From the NCBI GenBank assembly GCA_938038175.1, contig CALHRQ010000107.1:1-55016 (forward strand): a stretch of DNA of 55,016 bases, given 5' to 3'. Shown here in pieces: positions 1-8,259 of this stretch (its first letter is position 1; each line of letters begins with the position of its first letter). The position numbers were made by a program, and so were the translations under genes. The DNA comes from an uncultured Granulosicoccaceae bacterium. Its GTDB lineage: Bacteria; Pseudomonadota; Gammaproteobacteria; Granulosicoccales; Granulosicoccaceae. The notes beneath the pieces were generated by a model. That model was not told where the DNA came from, ran no database searches, and worked only from the letters and a program-made list of their open reading frames with translations.

Positions 1-1
1 A

Positions 2-592
2 AACCTATACGCAGGCGTTGGCGGCAATCGGAAGCTATGGAATGACTGCCAGGTAACGGCGGTTGAAAGCAATGAAAAGATTGCTGATGTATATGCTCGA
101 TTGAATCCAGACGATACCGTTATTGTCGGCGATGCTCACGAATTTCTGCGTACCAACTATGCGGATTATGATTTCATTTGGAGTTCGCCACCATGCCAAA
201 CACATAGCCGAATGGCAAAAGCCACCAGACACAAAAGCCGCCGATTCCCCGATATGGAGCTGTACGAAGAAATTATATTTTTGCAGAATTTCTACAAGGG
301 TGAGTGGATTGTTGAGAACGTGCAGCCTTTCTACAAGCCGCTAATTGAACCGACTGTAAAAGTGGGCAGGCATTTGTTTTGGAGCAGTTACAGCTTTGAG
401 GCGGACGATGTGAAGCGACCAAGTAACTTCATTAACATGGCGAACGTTGCTGGTAAAAAGGCATTGATGGACTGGCTTGGTATTCACTACGAAGAAAACA
501 TTTACTACAAGGGCAATCACTGCCCAGCGCAGGTATTAAGAAACTGTGTACACCCTAAGCTGGGTGAGCAGATTTTCAATGCAGCGCCTTAA
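2..592 (+). CDS. DNA cytosine-C5 methyltransferase (5'-truncated by window edge)
   Basis: Frame is open from base 2: NLYAGVGG (motif I), SPPCQ (catalytic motif IV), IVENV (motif VI). Confidence 0.9.
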   Translation, partial: NLYAGVGGNRKLWNDCQVTAVESNEKIADVYARLNPDDTVIVGDAHEFLRTNYADYDFIWSSPPCQTHSRMAKATRHKSRRFPDMELYEEIIFLQNFYKGEWIVENVQPFYKPLIEPTVKVGRHLFWSSYSFEADDVKRPSNFINMANVAGKKALMDWLGIHYEENIYYKGNHCPAQVLRNCVHPKLGEQIFNAAP

Positions 593-617
593 ACAATAAA
601 GGTAAGGAGAACTGATT

Positions 618-854
618 ATGAAACACGATACATCATTTATTCGGCACAAATTCAGCGACCACGCATTCCCAACGATGACAATGAGTGAGGTGGAAGCCTT
701 ATGTATTGACTACCACGAACACATGCTTGCCAAGTCAAAGAAGCCAGAGTACACAGTCCCGGACGGTGCTAGCAATGAAGAAATAGTAACAGCTACAGAG
801 TCGGCTGGCGGCGTGGTTCAGTATCCGGTCAATAACATTGAGGAGAAAATATGA
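618..854 (+). CDS. hypothetical protein
   Basis: AAGGAG RBS before ATG; overlaps next gene (ATGA). Confidence 0.7.
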   Translation: MKHDTSFIRHKFSDHAFPTMTMSEVEALCIDYHEHMLAKSKKPEYTVPDGASNEEIVTATESAGGVVQYPVNNIEEKI

Positions 855-1054
855 AACTCTGGATAACAGGCAGAAACCCACTTCCCGATCAATGGGAAGT
901 CTTAGGTATCTATGATACTGAAGGAAAAGCTATCGACCGATGCAAGCAATCATGTGACTTTGTAGCGCCTGCTGAATTAAATCAGGATATGGAAGAAGAA
1001 AGAATCACATGGGAAGGTTGTTACTACCCACTTATCACAGAGGAGAGCAAATGA
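851..1054 (+). CDS. hypothetical phage protein
   Basis: GAGGAG RBS; ATGA coupling at both ends. Confidence 0.75.
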   Translation: MKLWITGRNPLPDQWEVLGIYDTEGKAIDRCKQSCDFVAPAELNQDMEEERITWEGCYYPLITEESK

Positions 1055-1272
1055 AGGAATTGCAGAAACAAATCGGTGAACGACTGAGAGACTGGCGAAA
1101 AAAAGAGTTGCAAAAAGACTCTAAAACTGTAGCTGCAATGTGCAACCTGTCTGCACCGATGTATTCGCAAATTGAGAATGGAGAGCGAGGGCCATCTGTT
1201 GTAACTCTTTCAGATATACACACAGCCACGGGAATCAACCTGCATTGGTTATTAACCGGCAACAATTCATAA
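1051..1272 (+). CDS. XRE-family HTH regulator
   Basis: IGERLRDWRK...YSQIENGERGPS...INLHWLLTG; ATG 1051 after GAGGAG. Confidence 0.9.
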   Translation: MKELQKQIGERLRDWRKKELQKDSKTVAAMCNLSAPMYSQIENGERGPSVVTLSDIHTATGINLHWLLTGNNS

Positions 1273-1324
1273 AGGAGTAACTTCGTTACTAACTGTTACT
1301 TGTTTGAATTAAACTAAAGAATCC

Positions 1325-1353
1325 TTTACGTTAGCCGCTAACATTGCTATAGT
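1325..1353 (+). promoter_or_regulatory. sigma70-like promoter with palindromic operator (copy 1)
   Basis: TTTACG-N17-TATAGT; GTTAGCCGCTAAC palindrome at 1330-1342. Confidence 0.8.
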
Positions 1354-1392
1354 TACTACATCGAAGCAATTAACCGAAACAAGGAAAACAAG

Positions 1393-1593
1393 ATGAATAC
1401 ATTAAGAACAATCAAAGGCACAAACGGAATATTCACATTCGATATCTTCAAAAATGAAAATGAAAAAGGCAAGCACGATGGATGGTTCCTTAAAGTAGTT
1501 ACAGATAATGGTGAGAGCGTAGCAGACGACGCAGAGTGGCTTAGAACTAAAAAGGAATGCATTGACGTAGCCAAAAATATCGCTGGACACTAA
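1393..1593 (+). CDS. hypothetical protein (cassette 1 cargo)
   Basis: AAGGA RBS directly downstream of promoter copy 1. Confidence 0.75.
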   Translation: MNTLRTIKGTNGIFTFDIFKNENEKGKHDGWFLKVVTDNGESVADDAEWLRTKKECIDVAKNIAGH

Positions 1594-1630
1594 GCCGCAT
1601 ACCAATCCCATTATTGATGAAGATAGTTAA

Positions 1631-1816
1631 ATGACTAAACCAAAACCAATAGCAGAGCGCGTACAAGCTCACACAGACAAGCGAAATGCAGCAGGCCAAG
1701 TACAAGTCTACGTTCGCGCATGGGTGCTTGAGGGGCAGGAGGATGCCGCCAGAGCTGCAATGCGTAAAGCTGCAAAGAAGTACACGCAGCCTAACCCCGA
1801 TAACGGTAAGGAGTGA
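1631..1816 (+). CDS. small basic putative DNA-binding protein (MTKPK paralog 1)
   Basis: AERVQAHTDKRNAAGQVQVYVRAWV resembles DUF3018/antitoxin-like small proteins; paralog at 2236. Confidence 0.7.
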   Translation: MTKPKPIAERVQAHTDKRNAAGQVQVYVRAWVLEGQEDAARAAMRKAAKKYTQPNPDNGKE

Positions 1817-1860
1817 CTTTGTTGCCGATTGTTACTTCGTACAAATAAACTAAAGAATCC

Positions 1861-1889
1861 TTGACGTTAGCCGCTAACGTATGTATAGT
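1861..1889 (+). promoter_or_regulatory. sigma70-like promoter with palindromic operator (copy 2)
   Basis: TTGACG-N17-TATAGT; ACGTTAGCCGCTAACGT palindrome at 1864-1880. Confidence 0.85.
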
Positions 1890-1923
1890 TAATACATCAC
1901 AGCAATTAACCAAAAGGAAAAAA

Positions 1924-2016
1924 ATGATTAAGAAATTCGAAGCGCTGAAGGCCGGTGAAAAGTTTGTCCAAGTATTCGACAAAGAAGCAGCAAAGCAACT
2001 GGGGTACAAATCATGA
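1924..2016 (+). CDS. 30-aa small protein (not in ORF track)
   Basis: AAGGA RBS; MIKKFEALKAGEKFVQVFDKEAAKQLGYKS; stop overlaps ATG 2013. Confidence 0.6.
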   Translation: MIKKFEALKAGEKFVQVFDKEAAKQLGYKS

Positions 2017-2243
2017 GCAACTACATCGACACGGTAAACGGCCAAAACTGCAACATTGACATACAAGGCGGCGATGAAAGCGATGACGCAAAAGCTGAAA
2101 ATGCAGTGATGGATTTAAGTGAAACTGGTCTTACTCTTGAGCAAATTGCAGGCAAAGTGCATGAAATGGTAACTAAAGACTGGTATGACCCAAACGGCTT
2201 TTCGATTGCAATTGTGCCAATGTCAGAGATTGACAATGACTAA
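2013..2243 (+). CDS. acidic hypothetical protein (cassette 2 cargo)
   Basis: Translationally coupled ORF. Confidence 0.7.
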   Translation: MSNYIDTVNGQNCNIDIQGGDESDDAKAENAVMDLSETGLTLEQIAGKVHEMVTKDWYDPNGFSIAIVPMSEIDND

Positions 2244-2415
2244 ACCAAAAACCACAGCACAGCGTGTAGGGAACCACGCTGCAAGGCGCAAGGATGCTGG
2301 ACAGGTGAAAGTAAGCGTTAGCGTTTGGGTAGATGAGGGCGACAAAGAAGCCGCGCAATCCGCAGTGAAAAGGGCTGCTAAGAAGTTCGCGCAGCCTAAC
2401 CCCGATAACGTATAG
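2236..2415 (+). CDS. small basic putative DNA-binding protein (MTKPK paralog 2)
   Basis: MTKPKTTAQRV...AGQVKVSVSVWV...AAKKFAQPNPDNV aligns end to end with 1631-1816. Confidence 0.75.
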   Translation: MTKPKTTAQRVGNHAARRKDAGQVKVSVSVWVDEGDKEAAQSAVKRAAKKFAQPNPDNV

Positions 2416-2499
2416 GAGTGTGAGGCCAATGGCGGCAACTACACCGCATCCATTGAACTCTCTATTGTCTGCCAATAACCAAGAGATAGGTGCTGCCTG

Positions 2500-2868
2500 A
2501 TGACTCTACGAATGACTGAACAGATGCTCAGACAGCACCAAGCGAAACATGGAAAAAATAACTGTATCCATCCCCATAAAGGCGGCAAGCTGGAACGACT
2601 ATCTGACAATGAGTTTCAAGAAAAAACTCAAATTCAAAAAGCTCTGCCACCAGTTGACATTGTGCTCACTCACTACCGCAAACGATACCTTGACGTTGAC
2701 AACTTCTGCACAAAATGGTTTATCGATGGATTTGTTAAGGCAGGATTACTACATGACGATTCGCCGAAATACGTCCGAAAAATAACGCATCAGCAAGTCA
2801 AAATTGAACAATGGGAAACTGAGAGAATTGACATCGAATTTATTATTATTAGTGAAAAAACTATTTGA
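2500..2868 (+). CDS. RusA-like Holliday junction resolvase
   Basis: DVDN..K..IDG....G.LHDDS motif. Confidence 0.8.
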   Translation: MTLRMTEQMLRQHQAKHGKNNCIHPHKGGKLERLSDNEFQEKTQIQKALPPVDIVLTHYRKRYLDVDNFCTKWFIDGFVKAGLLHDDSPKYVRKITHQQVKIEQWETERIDIEFIIISEKTI

Positions 2869-3547
2869 GCCACTAAAGCCTGATTACGAGCAAAAGTTTG
2901 CCCGAAAAGTGATTGATGAGGCATTTGCTGATAACGCGATCGCACAAATAAAACCAACGCTCAGGTGTCACGAAATAACCTCAACAACTGAGCTGGTCAA
3001 AAAGTCAAAAGGCACTGGCTGGTGCACCAAGCATCGGCATGATGCAAACCGATACCTTGCCAATGGCCGCATCTGGCAATTCAGAAAAGTTGGCGGCAAA
3101 GGCAGACCATCTTTTCAGCTGTATTTAAACTCAACACACGCCTCACAATGGGAGCTCAAGGCCAGGGGCAACCGACCAGTCAGACCACGTGAATTTATAC
3201 AAGAGTTTCCAGATCAAGCTGACTTCATCACTGAAACCTTACCTGGCTATCTTTTTGCTGACCCTTGCGAAATGCCAAAGCATCAAAACTATGCTGAACA
3301 CGCTGAAGATGGTTTTGTAATGCTAGAAATTGCTGATCAAAATGGCATTGATAGCACTGGCAATCCGTATTCAGTGGATGATGTCATTCTCAGGTTCAAT
3401 GACAATCGCGTTGTTTCAATCGAACAAGTCAGCCACATCAGAACTGATGAAGAGATCAAGGCCATTGATCAGGCATGTGTTGATTCCTTACCGGACAGCA
3501 TATTGCAGCCGCTGAGCAATGATGAAATCAAACGAGTCACTCTTTGA
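2852..3547 (+). CDS. hypothetical protein with GTGWCT motif and one C-terminal copy of the fibre repeat module
   Basis: GTG start 2852; GFVMLEIADQNGIDSTGNPYSVDDVILRFNDNRVV matches repeats of 22120-24165. Confidence 0.7.
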   Translation: MKKLFEPLKPDYEQKFARKVIDEAFADNAIAQIKPTLRCHEITSTTELVKKSKGTGWCTKHRHDANRYLANGRIWQFRKVGGKGRPSFQLYLNSTHASQWELKARGNRPVRPREFIQEFPDQADFITETLPGYLFADPCEMPKHQNYAEHAEDGFVMLEIADQNGIDSTGNPYSVDDVILRFNDNRVVSIEQVSHIRTDEEIKAIDQACVDSLPDSILQPLSNDEIKRVTL

Positions 3548-3592
3548 GCCAAGCTGCAGCGTCTTTGTCGAACTCATTATAGTAAGCGCTCA

Positions 3593-3778
3593 CTAGTCAA
3601 GAAGATCCCTGACTGTCACACTGCGCACGTGCATGGACGCTTGCCCCAAACTATCATCAGGCGCACCAGGCCAATTACCACAGATCGCAAGATTCAAATT
3701 AATACGCATGGGCTGTAGGCTCACATTCTGTGTCACACTGAAAACAGGCAAACCATCAACCAGCAATGACGTTGCCAA
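3593..3778 (-). pseudogene. C-terminal fragment of a GH16 glycoside hydrolase
   Basis: LLVDGLPVFSVTQNVSLQPMRINLNLAICGNWPG...MHVRSVTV aligns with IMIDRMPVHTITRNVILEPVNLIANLAMGGDFAG...FYVKSIEV of 45495-46430; in-frame stop upstream at 3797-3799; no EIDIxE motif. Confidence 0.75.
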
Positions 3779-3808
3779 AAATAGCAGACAAGCAAGTTAG
3801 GAATAACG

Positions 3809-4138
3809 ATGTGTACATTTAACGAAGCGTGGATTGGTACTTGTAAAGAAGCAGGCGAGCCGTTTTGCGAGAAACATACTCAGCTCACATGCGCATCCTG
3901 TGGAGAGCAGGCAAGCAGAACATGCGCCCAAACAGGTCAGTTTGTTTGTGGTGCGCCTCTTTGTGAGAAATGTGAGCACACAATTGCAGAAAATGGAACT
4001 AATGGCGGGATAGGATTCAACTCGCAAATGCCACCAGAGGGAATGAAGGCGCATTGTCGCAAGGTAGATCAAATTCATAAGCCTTGGTACGAACGGGAAG
4101 ATTCGTTTAAAAATCTCGAAAAGGAGAATATAGATTGA
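3809..4138 (+). CDS. Cys-rich zinc-finger-like protein
   Basis: FCEKH, CASC, CEKC clusters; AGGA RBS. Confidence 0.7.
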   Translation: MCTFNEAWIGTCKEAGEPFCEKHTQLTCASCGEQASRTCAQTGQFVCGAPLCEKCEHTIAENGTNGGIGFNSQMPPEGMKAHCRKVDQIHKPWYEREDSFKNLEKENID

Positions 4139-4398
4139 GCGCGATGCTAAAAGAGTTACACGAAGCATTGAAGTATCTGGAAATGTCGCCACACGCTGAA
4201 ATCGAACAGGCGGTTTATTGCACGCTGTGGCCTACTGAAAGGTATGGACAGATTCAAATATGTGAGCGCCTTGATATGCGGCCTAGTGAAGTTGATTCGG
4301 CTTTGCTTGGGTTAATACAGTCTGGGCATGTTGAAACTGTAGACCCACCAGAACACATTTTTGAAATGTTCGCGATTAAGCGTAATGAAAAGGAGTAG
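4135..4398 (+). CDS. winged-helix-like hypothetical protein
   Basis: QICERLDMRPSEVDSALLGLIQSGHVE. Confidence 0.6.
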   Translation: MSAMLKELHEALKYLEMSPHAEIEQAVYCTLWPTERYGQIQICERLDMRPSEVDSALLGLIQSGHVETVDPPEHIFEMFAIKRNEKE

Positions 4399-4401
4399 CC
4401 A

Positions 4402-4599
4402 ATGTTTAGAATTACACTGATCACTATATTTTTGGCCGGTTGTGCAGATATCGAGCCGGACAATAGAACGCAAACGCAAAAGATGGTCGATGAGGTTCAG
4501 CCGTATTGCAGCAAGCCGGTCAGCGTTGCTATTGCTACGGACTTCATGGCGGGTCGTAAGATTACCGTCACGTGTCCTGATAAGGCAGAGAGCACGTGA
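4402..4599 (+). CDS. small lipoprotein
   Basis: MFRITLITIFLAGC lipobox; AAGGAG RBS. Confidence 0.75.
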   Translation: MFRITLITIFLAGCADIEPDNRTQTQKMVDEVQPYCSKPVSVAIATDFMAGRKITVTCPDKAEST

Positions 4600-4826
4600 G
4601 CAAAGCAAAATACAATACGTTTCATGAAGCCGGCAAAACAACCGCAAGAAACGGGACTAGGCTAGTGCTTAAAGATGGATGCGATCCAACCAAGTCAACA
4701 AACAATGGAATGGACCCCGATCTTAGTCAATGGGATGTTGTGTGCAAGTGTGGTGGGCATTTATCAAGTTACGAAACAGGCCCAAACCCATCATGGAAAT
4801 GCCGCTCATGCGGTGTTATTCAATAA
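4596..4826 (+). CDS. zinc-ribbon hypothetical protein
   Basis: CKCGG...WKCRSCG. Confidence 0.65.
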   Translation: MSKAKYNTFHEAGKTTARNGTRLVLKDGCDPTKSTNNGMDPDLSQWDVVCKCGGHLSSYETGPNPSWKCRSCGVIQ

Positions 4827-4844
4827 CGTATTGGAGAACTAAAA

Positions 4845-5459
4845 ATGACACCAGAACAAAAGCAAGAACTTGTATCGGCTACTCATCGGCATTTGCAGCT
4901 TGATAGCTTGGTAAAAGGTACTTATGGCGAATTTGATGATGAATCACCATTCAAAGGATGCTCGGTTGGATGTTTAGCTGCAGACTTTGGCGTGTACGAT
5001 GATCACCATGCTTTCGTGGCTAAACAATATGGCTATCCTGAATGGCTTGTACATTTACAGGACTATTTTTTTGAGCAGCTTGGGAATAAGGTCCATACAG
5101 AAATAGCAGAATCTATAAATCCTAATAACGACTGGCTGCAAGTCATGCATGCTATTCATTGGCGAATTCTGACAGAGATCGCTTTGCCAAACGCTGGCAG
5201 CGCAAAAGAAGTAGTTCAAGCTGTTGCTGACTTGCACAGGGCAAACGAGCCAGCAAGGTCAGCAGCATGGTCAGCGGCATGGTCAGCGGCAAGGTCAGTG
5301 GCAGAGCCAGCGGCAAGGTCAGCGGCATGGTCAGCGACAGCGGCAAGGTCAGCGGCAGCGACATGGTCAGCGACATGGTCAGCGGCAAGGTCAGCGGCAG
5401 CGGCAGAGTCAGCCGCAGAGTCAGCGGCATATCAAATCGTTCTTGATGAAATATCCTGA
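4845..5459 (+). CDS. phage protein with SAAW/SAAR tetrapeptide repeats
   Basis: KGCSVGC N-terminal domain followed by ARSAAWSA repeats; GGAG RBS. Confidence 0.85.
   Translation: MTPEQKQELVSATHRHLQLDSLVKGTYGEFDDESPFKGCSVGCLAADFGVYDDHHAFVAKQYGYPEWLVHLQDYFFEQLGNKVHTEIAESINPNNDWLQVMHAIHWRILTEIALPNAGSAKEVVQAVADLHRANEPARSAAWSAAWSAARSVAEPAARSAAWSATAARSAAATWSATWSAARSAAAAESAAESAAYQIVLDEIS
5252..5428 (+). repeat. 12-bp minisatellite inside coding sequence
   Basis: Tandem GCA(A/T)GGTCAGCG-type units with a few 6-bp insertions. Confidence 0.9.
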
Positions 5460-5491
5460 CATTTTCTAAATAACATATTGGGGAATATAGA

Positions 5492-5719
5492 GTGAGCAGA
5501 TTAAAAAGAGTAGTGCTTCAATTTCCAGATGATATGTATCTGAAGCTTAGCCGCGAATCGACTTTCATTTTGCTGAAAGCTGGAACCTCTAACCATATTT
5601 TGATCGACGAAGACGAGATAGAAGATTCATCTGCAATGGGTGGAACAAGGCTCCAGTGTTCGGATAATTGTGTTGATTGGACCGATATCCCAGTATCGTC
5701 AATTCACCAAACTGAGTAG
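5492..5719 (+). CDS. hypothetical protein
   Basis: GTG start after GGGGA. Confidence 0.6.
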   Translation: MSRLKRVVLQFPDDMYLKLSRESTFILLKAGTSNHILIDEDEIEDSSAMGGTRLQCSDNCVDWTDIPVSSIHQTE

Positions 5720-5725
5720 TTGCAA

Positions 5726-6004
5726 ATGTCAAAACAATACCGACAATTCGACAATGAAGAATTTTGCGAGCTAAATTACAATCAAGCGAAAAGAAAGGTT
5801 CAATTGAAAAGTATTTACAGTAAAAAACATAGAAGCGCCTCACTGTGTTTATCAGTAAACTGTTGTGGGCAGTCTAGTGCCACAGTTGTGACGTCGAATA
5901 ATGGTGTTGATCTTGATGGGATTTCGCATACCTGCGTCCATTGCGGCACAACACTCGAATACGAGCTAGTTAAATCGAATCCTAGCAAATTAAACCTGAT
6001 TTGA
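5726..6004 (+). CDS. zinc-ribbon hypothetical protein
   Basis: NCCG...CVHCG. Confidence 0.55.
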   Translation: MSKQYRQFDNEEFCELNYNQAKRKVQLKSIYSKKHRSASLCLSVNCCGQSSATVVTSNNGVDLDGISHTCVHCGTTLEYELVKSNPSKLNLI

Positions 6005-6030
6005 CCCTATTACTCGCTGGGTGCTATATT
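6001..6030 (+). promoter_or_regulatory. putative promoter of lysis block
   Basis: TTGACC-N18-TATATT with TG extended -10. Confidence 0.6.
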
Positions 6031-6063
6031 TGCCTTGAGTAATCTCCTCCAAGTTGTATTTTC

Positions 6064-6093
6064 AACACCCGGCAATTAGCCGGGTGTTTTTTT
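6064..6093 (+). terminator. intrinsic terminator
   Basis: AACACCCGGC-AATTA-GCCGGGTGTT followed by T run. Confidence 0.9.
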
Positions 6094-6107
6094 GCCGGTC
6101 ATCCATC

Positions 6108-6614
6108 ATGAGCTTTATACACTGGGCGCATTACATAATTGGCATTGAGAAGCCTTATGCAAACGTAGAGGGTGATAGCGGCGGTGAGACTTTTTATGGT
6201 TTTACTACTTCTCTGCTTCAGCAGCTTGAAATCGAGCCTCCGAGAGACAAAGAAACCGCGATAGAGTATCTGGATATATATTTCTGGAAACCGCTAAGTT
6301 GCGATGATCTGGATTGGTTTGTGGCTTGGTGTTACGCGGACGCTGTCTTTCACCATGGGCTGGGAAAAAGTGCAAACAAATGCCTGCAGGCTGGTTTAGG
6401 TGTTGCACAAGACGGCATAGTCGGTCCAGTTACTATGGCTGCCGGTAAAACAGTCAGGCGAACCGATTTTTGGCTTAGGTATGCTAGACGCCGCAACCGA
6501 TTATTTATAGCAATCGCTCGGCATAGAAAAAAAGACATGAAGTTTATCCAGGGGTGGTTTAACCGTCTGCATGAACTATCTACCACGGCTTATCGATCAA
6601 TAGGATACGACTAA
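6108..6614 (+). CDS. GH108-family endolysin with peptidoglycan-binding domain
   Basis: IEKPYAN..GDSGGETFYG, LQAGLGVAQDGIVGPVT, FIQGWFNRL. Confidence 0.85.
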   Translation: MSFIHWAHYIIGIEKPYANVEGDSGGETFYGFTTSLLQQLEIEPPRDKETAIEYLDIYFWKPLSCDDLDWFVAWCYADAVFHHGLGKSANKCLQAGLGVAQDGIVGPVTMAAGKTVRRTDFWLRYARRRNRLFIAIARHRKKDMKFIQGWFNRLHELSTTAYRSIGYD

Positions 6615-6616
6615 CA

Positions 6617-7105
6617 ATGTTTAAGTCCATAGTGAGACAGGTGGGTATAAAGCATTGTGAGGATTGTGCTGTCAACTATCGGTACTATTCCAGAACAGAC
6701 AAAGTATACAAAACCAATATCACAGGATTTGACTACACTCACTATGAGTGGGTGATTGATTACACGAATGACGAAGGCAAAGTTCTGCGGCCTCGTATTA
6801 CCATTAAACCTGACGGTACTGTTACTGTGTATGAAAATGCAGGATCTGATGGCTGCACGCCGGTGTGGTTGTTTTTCAACTGGTACTATTTCGGGGTTAG
6901 CAATGGACCGGTTGACCCGGTAACGATGGAGCCGGTTACTGCGCGCGCGTTTTTTTTACACGATTGGCTCTTGAAGATTAGAAAATTTGTAGGTATACCA
7001 GTTGATGATATTCATGCTGCTTTCTGTACAGAGATAATGAAAATAAAATATTGGCGAAAGAAATACTATTGCAAAATAGTGACGAAGTTTGGCCCCCAGA
7101 ATTAA
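6617..7105 (+). CDS. DUF1353-like hypothetical protein
   Basis: GSDGCT and AFFLHDWL motifs; adjacent to endolysin. Confidence 0.55.
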   Translation: MFKSIVRQVGIKHCEDCAVNYRYYSRTDKVYKTNITGFDYTHYEWVIDYTNDEGKVLRPRITIKPDGTVTVYENAGSDGCTPVWLFFNWYYFGVSNGPVDPVTMEPVTARAFFLHDWLLKIRKFVGIPVDDIHAAFCTEIMKIKYWRKKYYCKIVTKFGPQN

Positions 7106-7110
7106 CGATT

Positions 7111-7623
7111 ATGAGCTCAAAACGCTTTCTCATCACCATCACACTATTTTCATGGGTTGTGGGTGGGCTAGCCAGCTGCGCAATTCAGCCTACTAAGATC
7201 GCTGTAAGCTTGGCACAAGCGCCTTTAGCTGATTCGCTGCTGGTTGAATACATAGAAGATGATGTTCGAATATACGAGAGCATAGGTGTTCAGCTAAAGC
7301 GTATGAGACTCCTTTACGATGATATGGAACAGGCCTCAAAGTCAGCAGAGACTTTCCCTGCATGGCTCGAAGATAATTGGTTTCGAGTGGTTGGTGCAGT
7401 TCAAGATTGGAACTTTGTGGTTTATTTCCTAGAGCAGCACGCAAAAGAGACAAAAAAACCAGTGCCTGATGGGCTTTTGATTTTTAAGGCAAATGTTGAG
7501 GCTGGTTTTAATATAGGCATCGGGCGCGCAAGAAATAAATTCTGGCAAGATGCCGGTGTTGAGATTATCAGAACGCTTGCTATGCTGGTTGCTACTAAGA
7601 ATGGTGTGTCAATTGGCAGCTGA
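7111..7623 (+). CDS. putative lipoprotein
   Basis: MSSKRFLITITLFSWVVGGLASC signal with lipobox. Confidence 0.65.
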   Translation: MSSKRFLITITLFSWVVGGLASCAIQPTKIAVSLAQAPLADSLLVEYIEDDVRIYESIGVQLKRMRLLYDDMEQASKSAETFPAWLEDNWFRVVGAVQDWNFVVYFLEQHAKETKKPVPDGLLIFKANVEAGFNIGIGRARNKFWQDAGVEIIRTLAMLVATKNGVSIGS

Positions 7624-8251
7624 CCTATACAATATACTGGGAGTAGAAAGGACGTCTGATCGGCATGAAATAAAATCAGCTTATCGATCGCTTTCGCAGA
7701 AGTATCATCCGGACAAGGCTAATGATGATGGAATAACCGAGGAAGAAGTTCTCGAAAGATTCCAAGAGATTCAGGCAGCTTATGACACGCTCGGCGATCC
7801 CACAAAGCGTGCGAGATATGATCAGAGAGGTCATGTCGAGACAGTTCAAAGTAAAGACTCTCGCGCATTCTCTACAATATCTCAGCTATTCTCGCAGCAG
7901 CTCGTCAAAAGCAACTATCAGCGTAAGGATTACACCGATCTGATTCGAAATACAATAAAGCAGCAGAAGGTTGGGTTTGAGGCAAGTGCTGAAAAAATGG
8001 AAGATGCACTAAGTAATGTAAAATCCCTGGTCGAAAGCTATACGGATGCTCCAGCGATAGAAGCAGCGCTTACCCAACAGCTCGAAGTCATCAACAGTCA
8101 GCTGCAGACAACCAAAGACAATATCGACATAGCTAATACAGCCTTAGAAATCATTGAGTCGTATAAGTACACTGGACCTGCTGAACTGCCAGGGATCAGA
8201 AGCTTTACGGTTACTGACGATGGCTGTTTTGCGGATTTAGAATTCAGATAA
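7601..8251 (+). CDS. DnaJ (J-domain) protein
   Basis: DLYNILGV...IKSAYRSLSQKYHPDK...FQEIQAAYDTLGDPTKRARYD. Confidence 0.92.
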   Translation: MVCQLAADLYNILGVERTSDRHEIKSAYRSLSQKYHPDKANDDGITEEEVLERFQEIQAAYDTLGDPTKRARYDQRGHVETVQSKDSRAFSTISQLFSQQLVKSNYQRKDYTDLIRNTIKQQKVGFEASAEKMEDALSNVKSLVESYTDAPAIEAALTQQLEVINSQLQTTKDNIDIANTALEIIESYKYTGPAELPGIRSFTVTDDGCFADLEFR

Positions 8252-8259
8252 CATTTAAA

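Larger units (their letters stand above)
1272..2420 (+). repeat. tandem duplicated cassette (promoter/operator, variable genes, MTKPK gene), two units
   Basis: About 110 bp block AAGGAGT...AAACTAAAGAATCCTT(T/G)ACGTTAGCCGCTAAC...TATAGTTA...GCAATTAACC at ~1272 and ~1808; each unit ends in a paralogous MTKPK gene containing GCAGCCTAACCCCGATAACG. Confidence 0.9.

Noticed and set aside
5252-5428. CRISPR array or DGR repeat
   Set aside because: Units are 12 bp with no unique spacers, in frame within a gene; no cas or reverse transcriptase gene seen.
5152-5469. Alternative-frame ORFs 5152-5430 (-) and 5224-5469 (+) as genes
   Set aside because: Open only because the repeat lacks stops; no RBS; overlap a well-supported gene.
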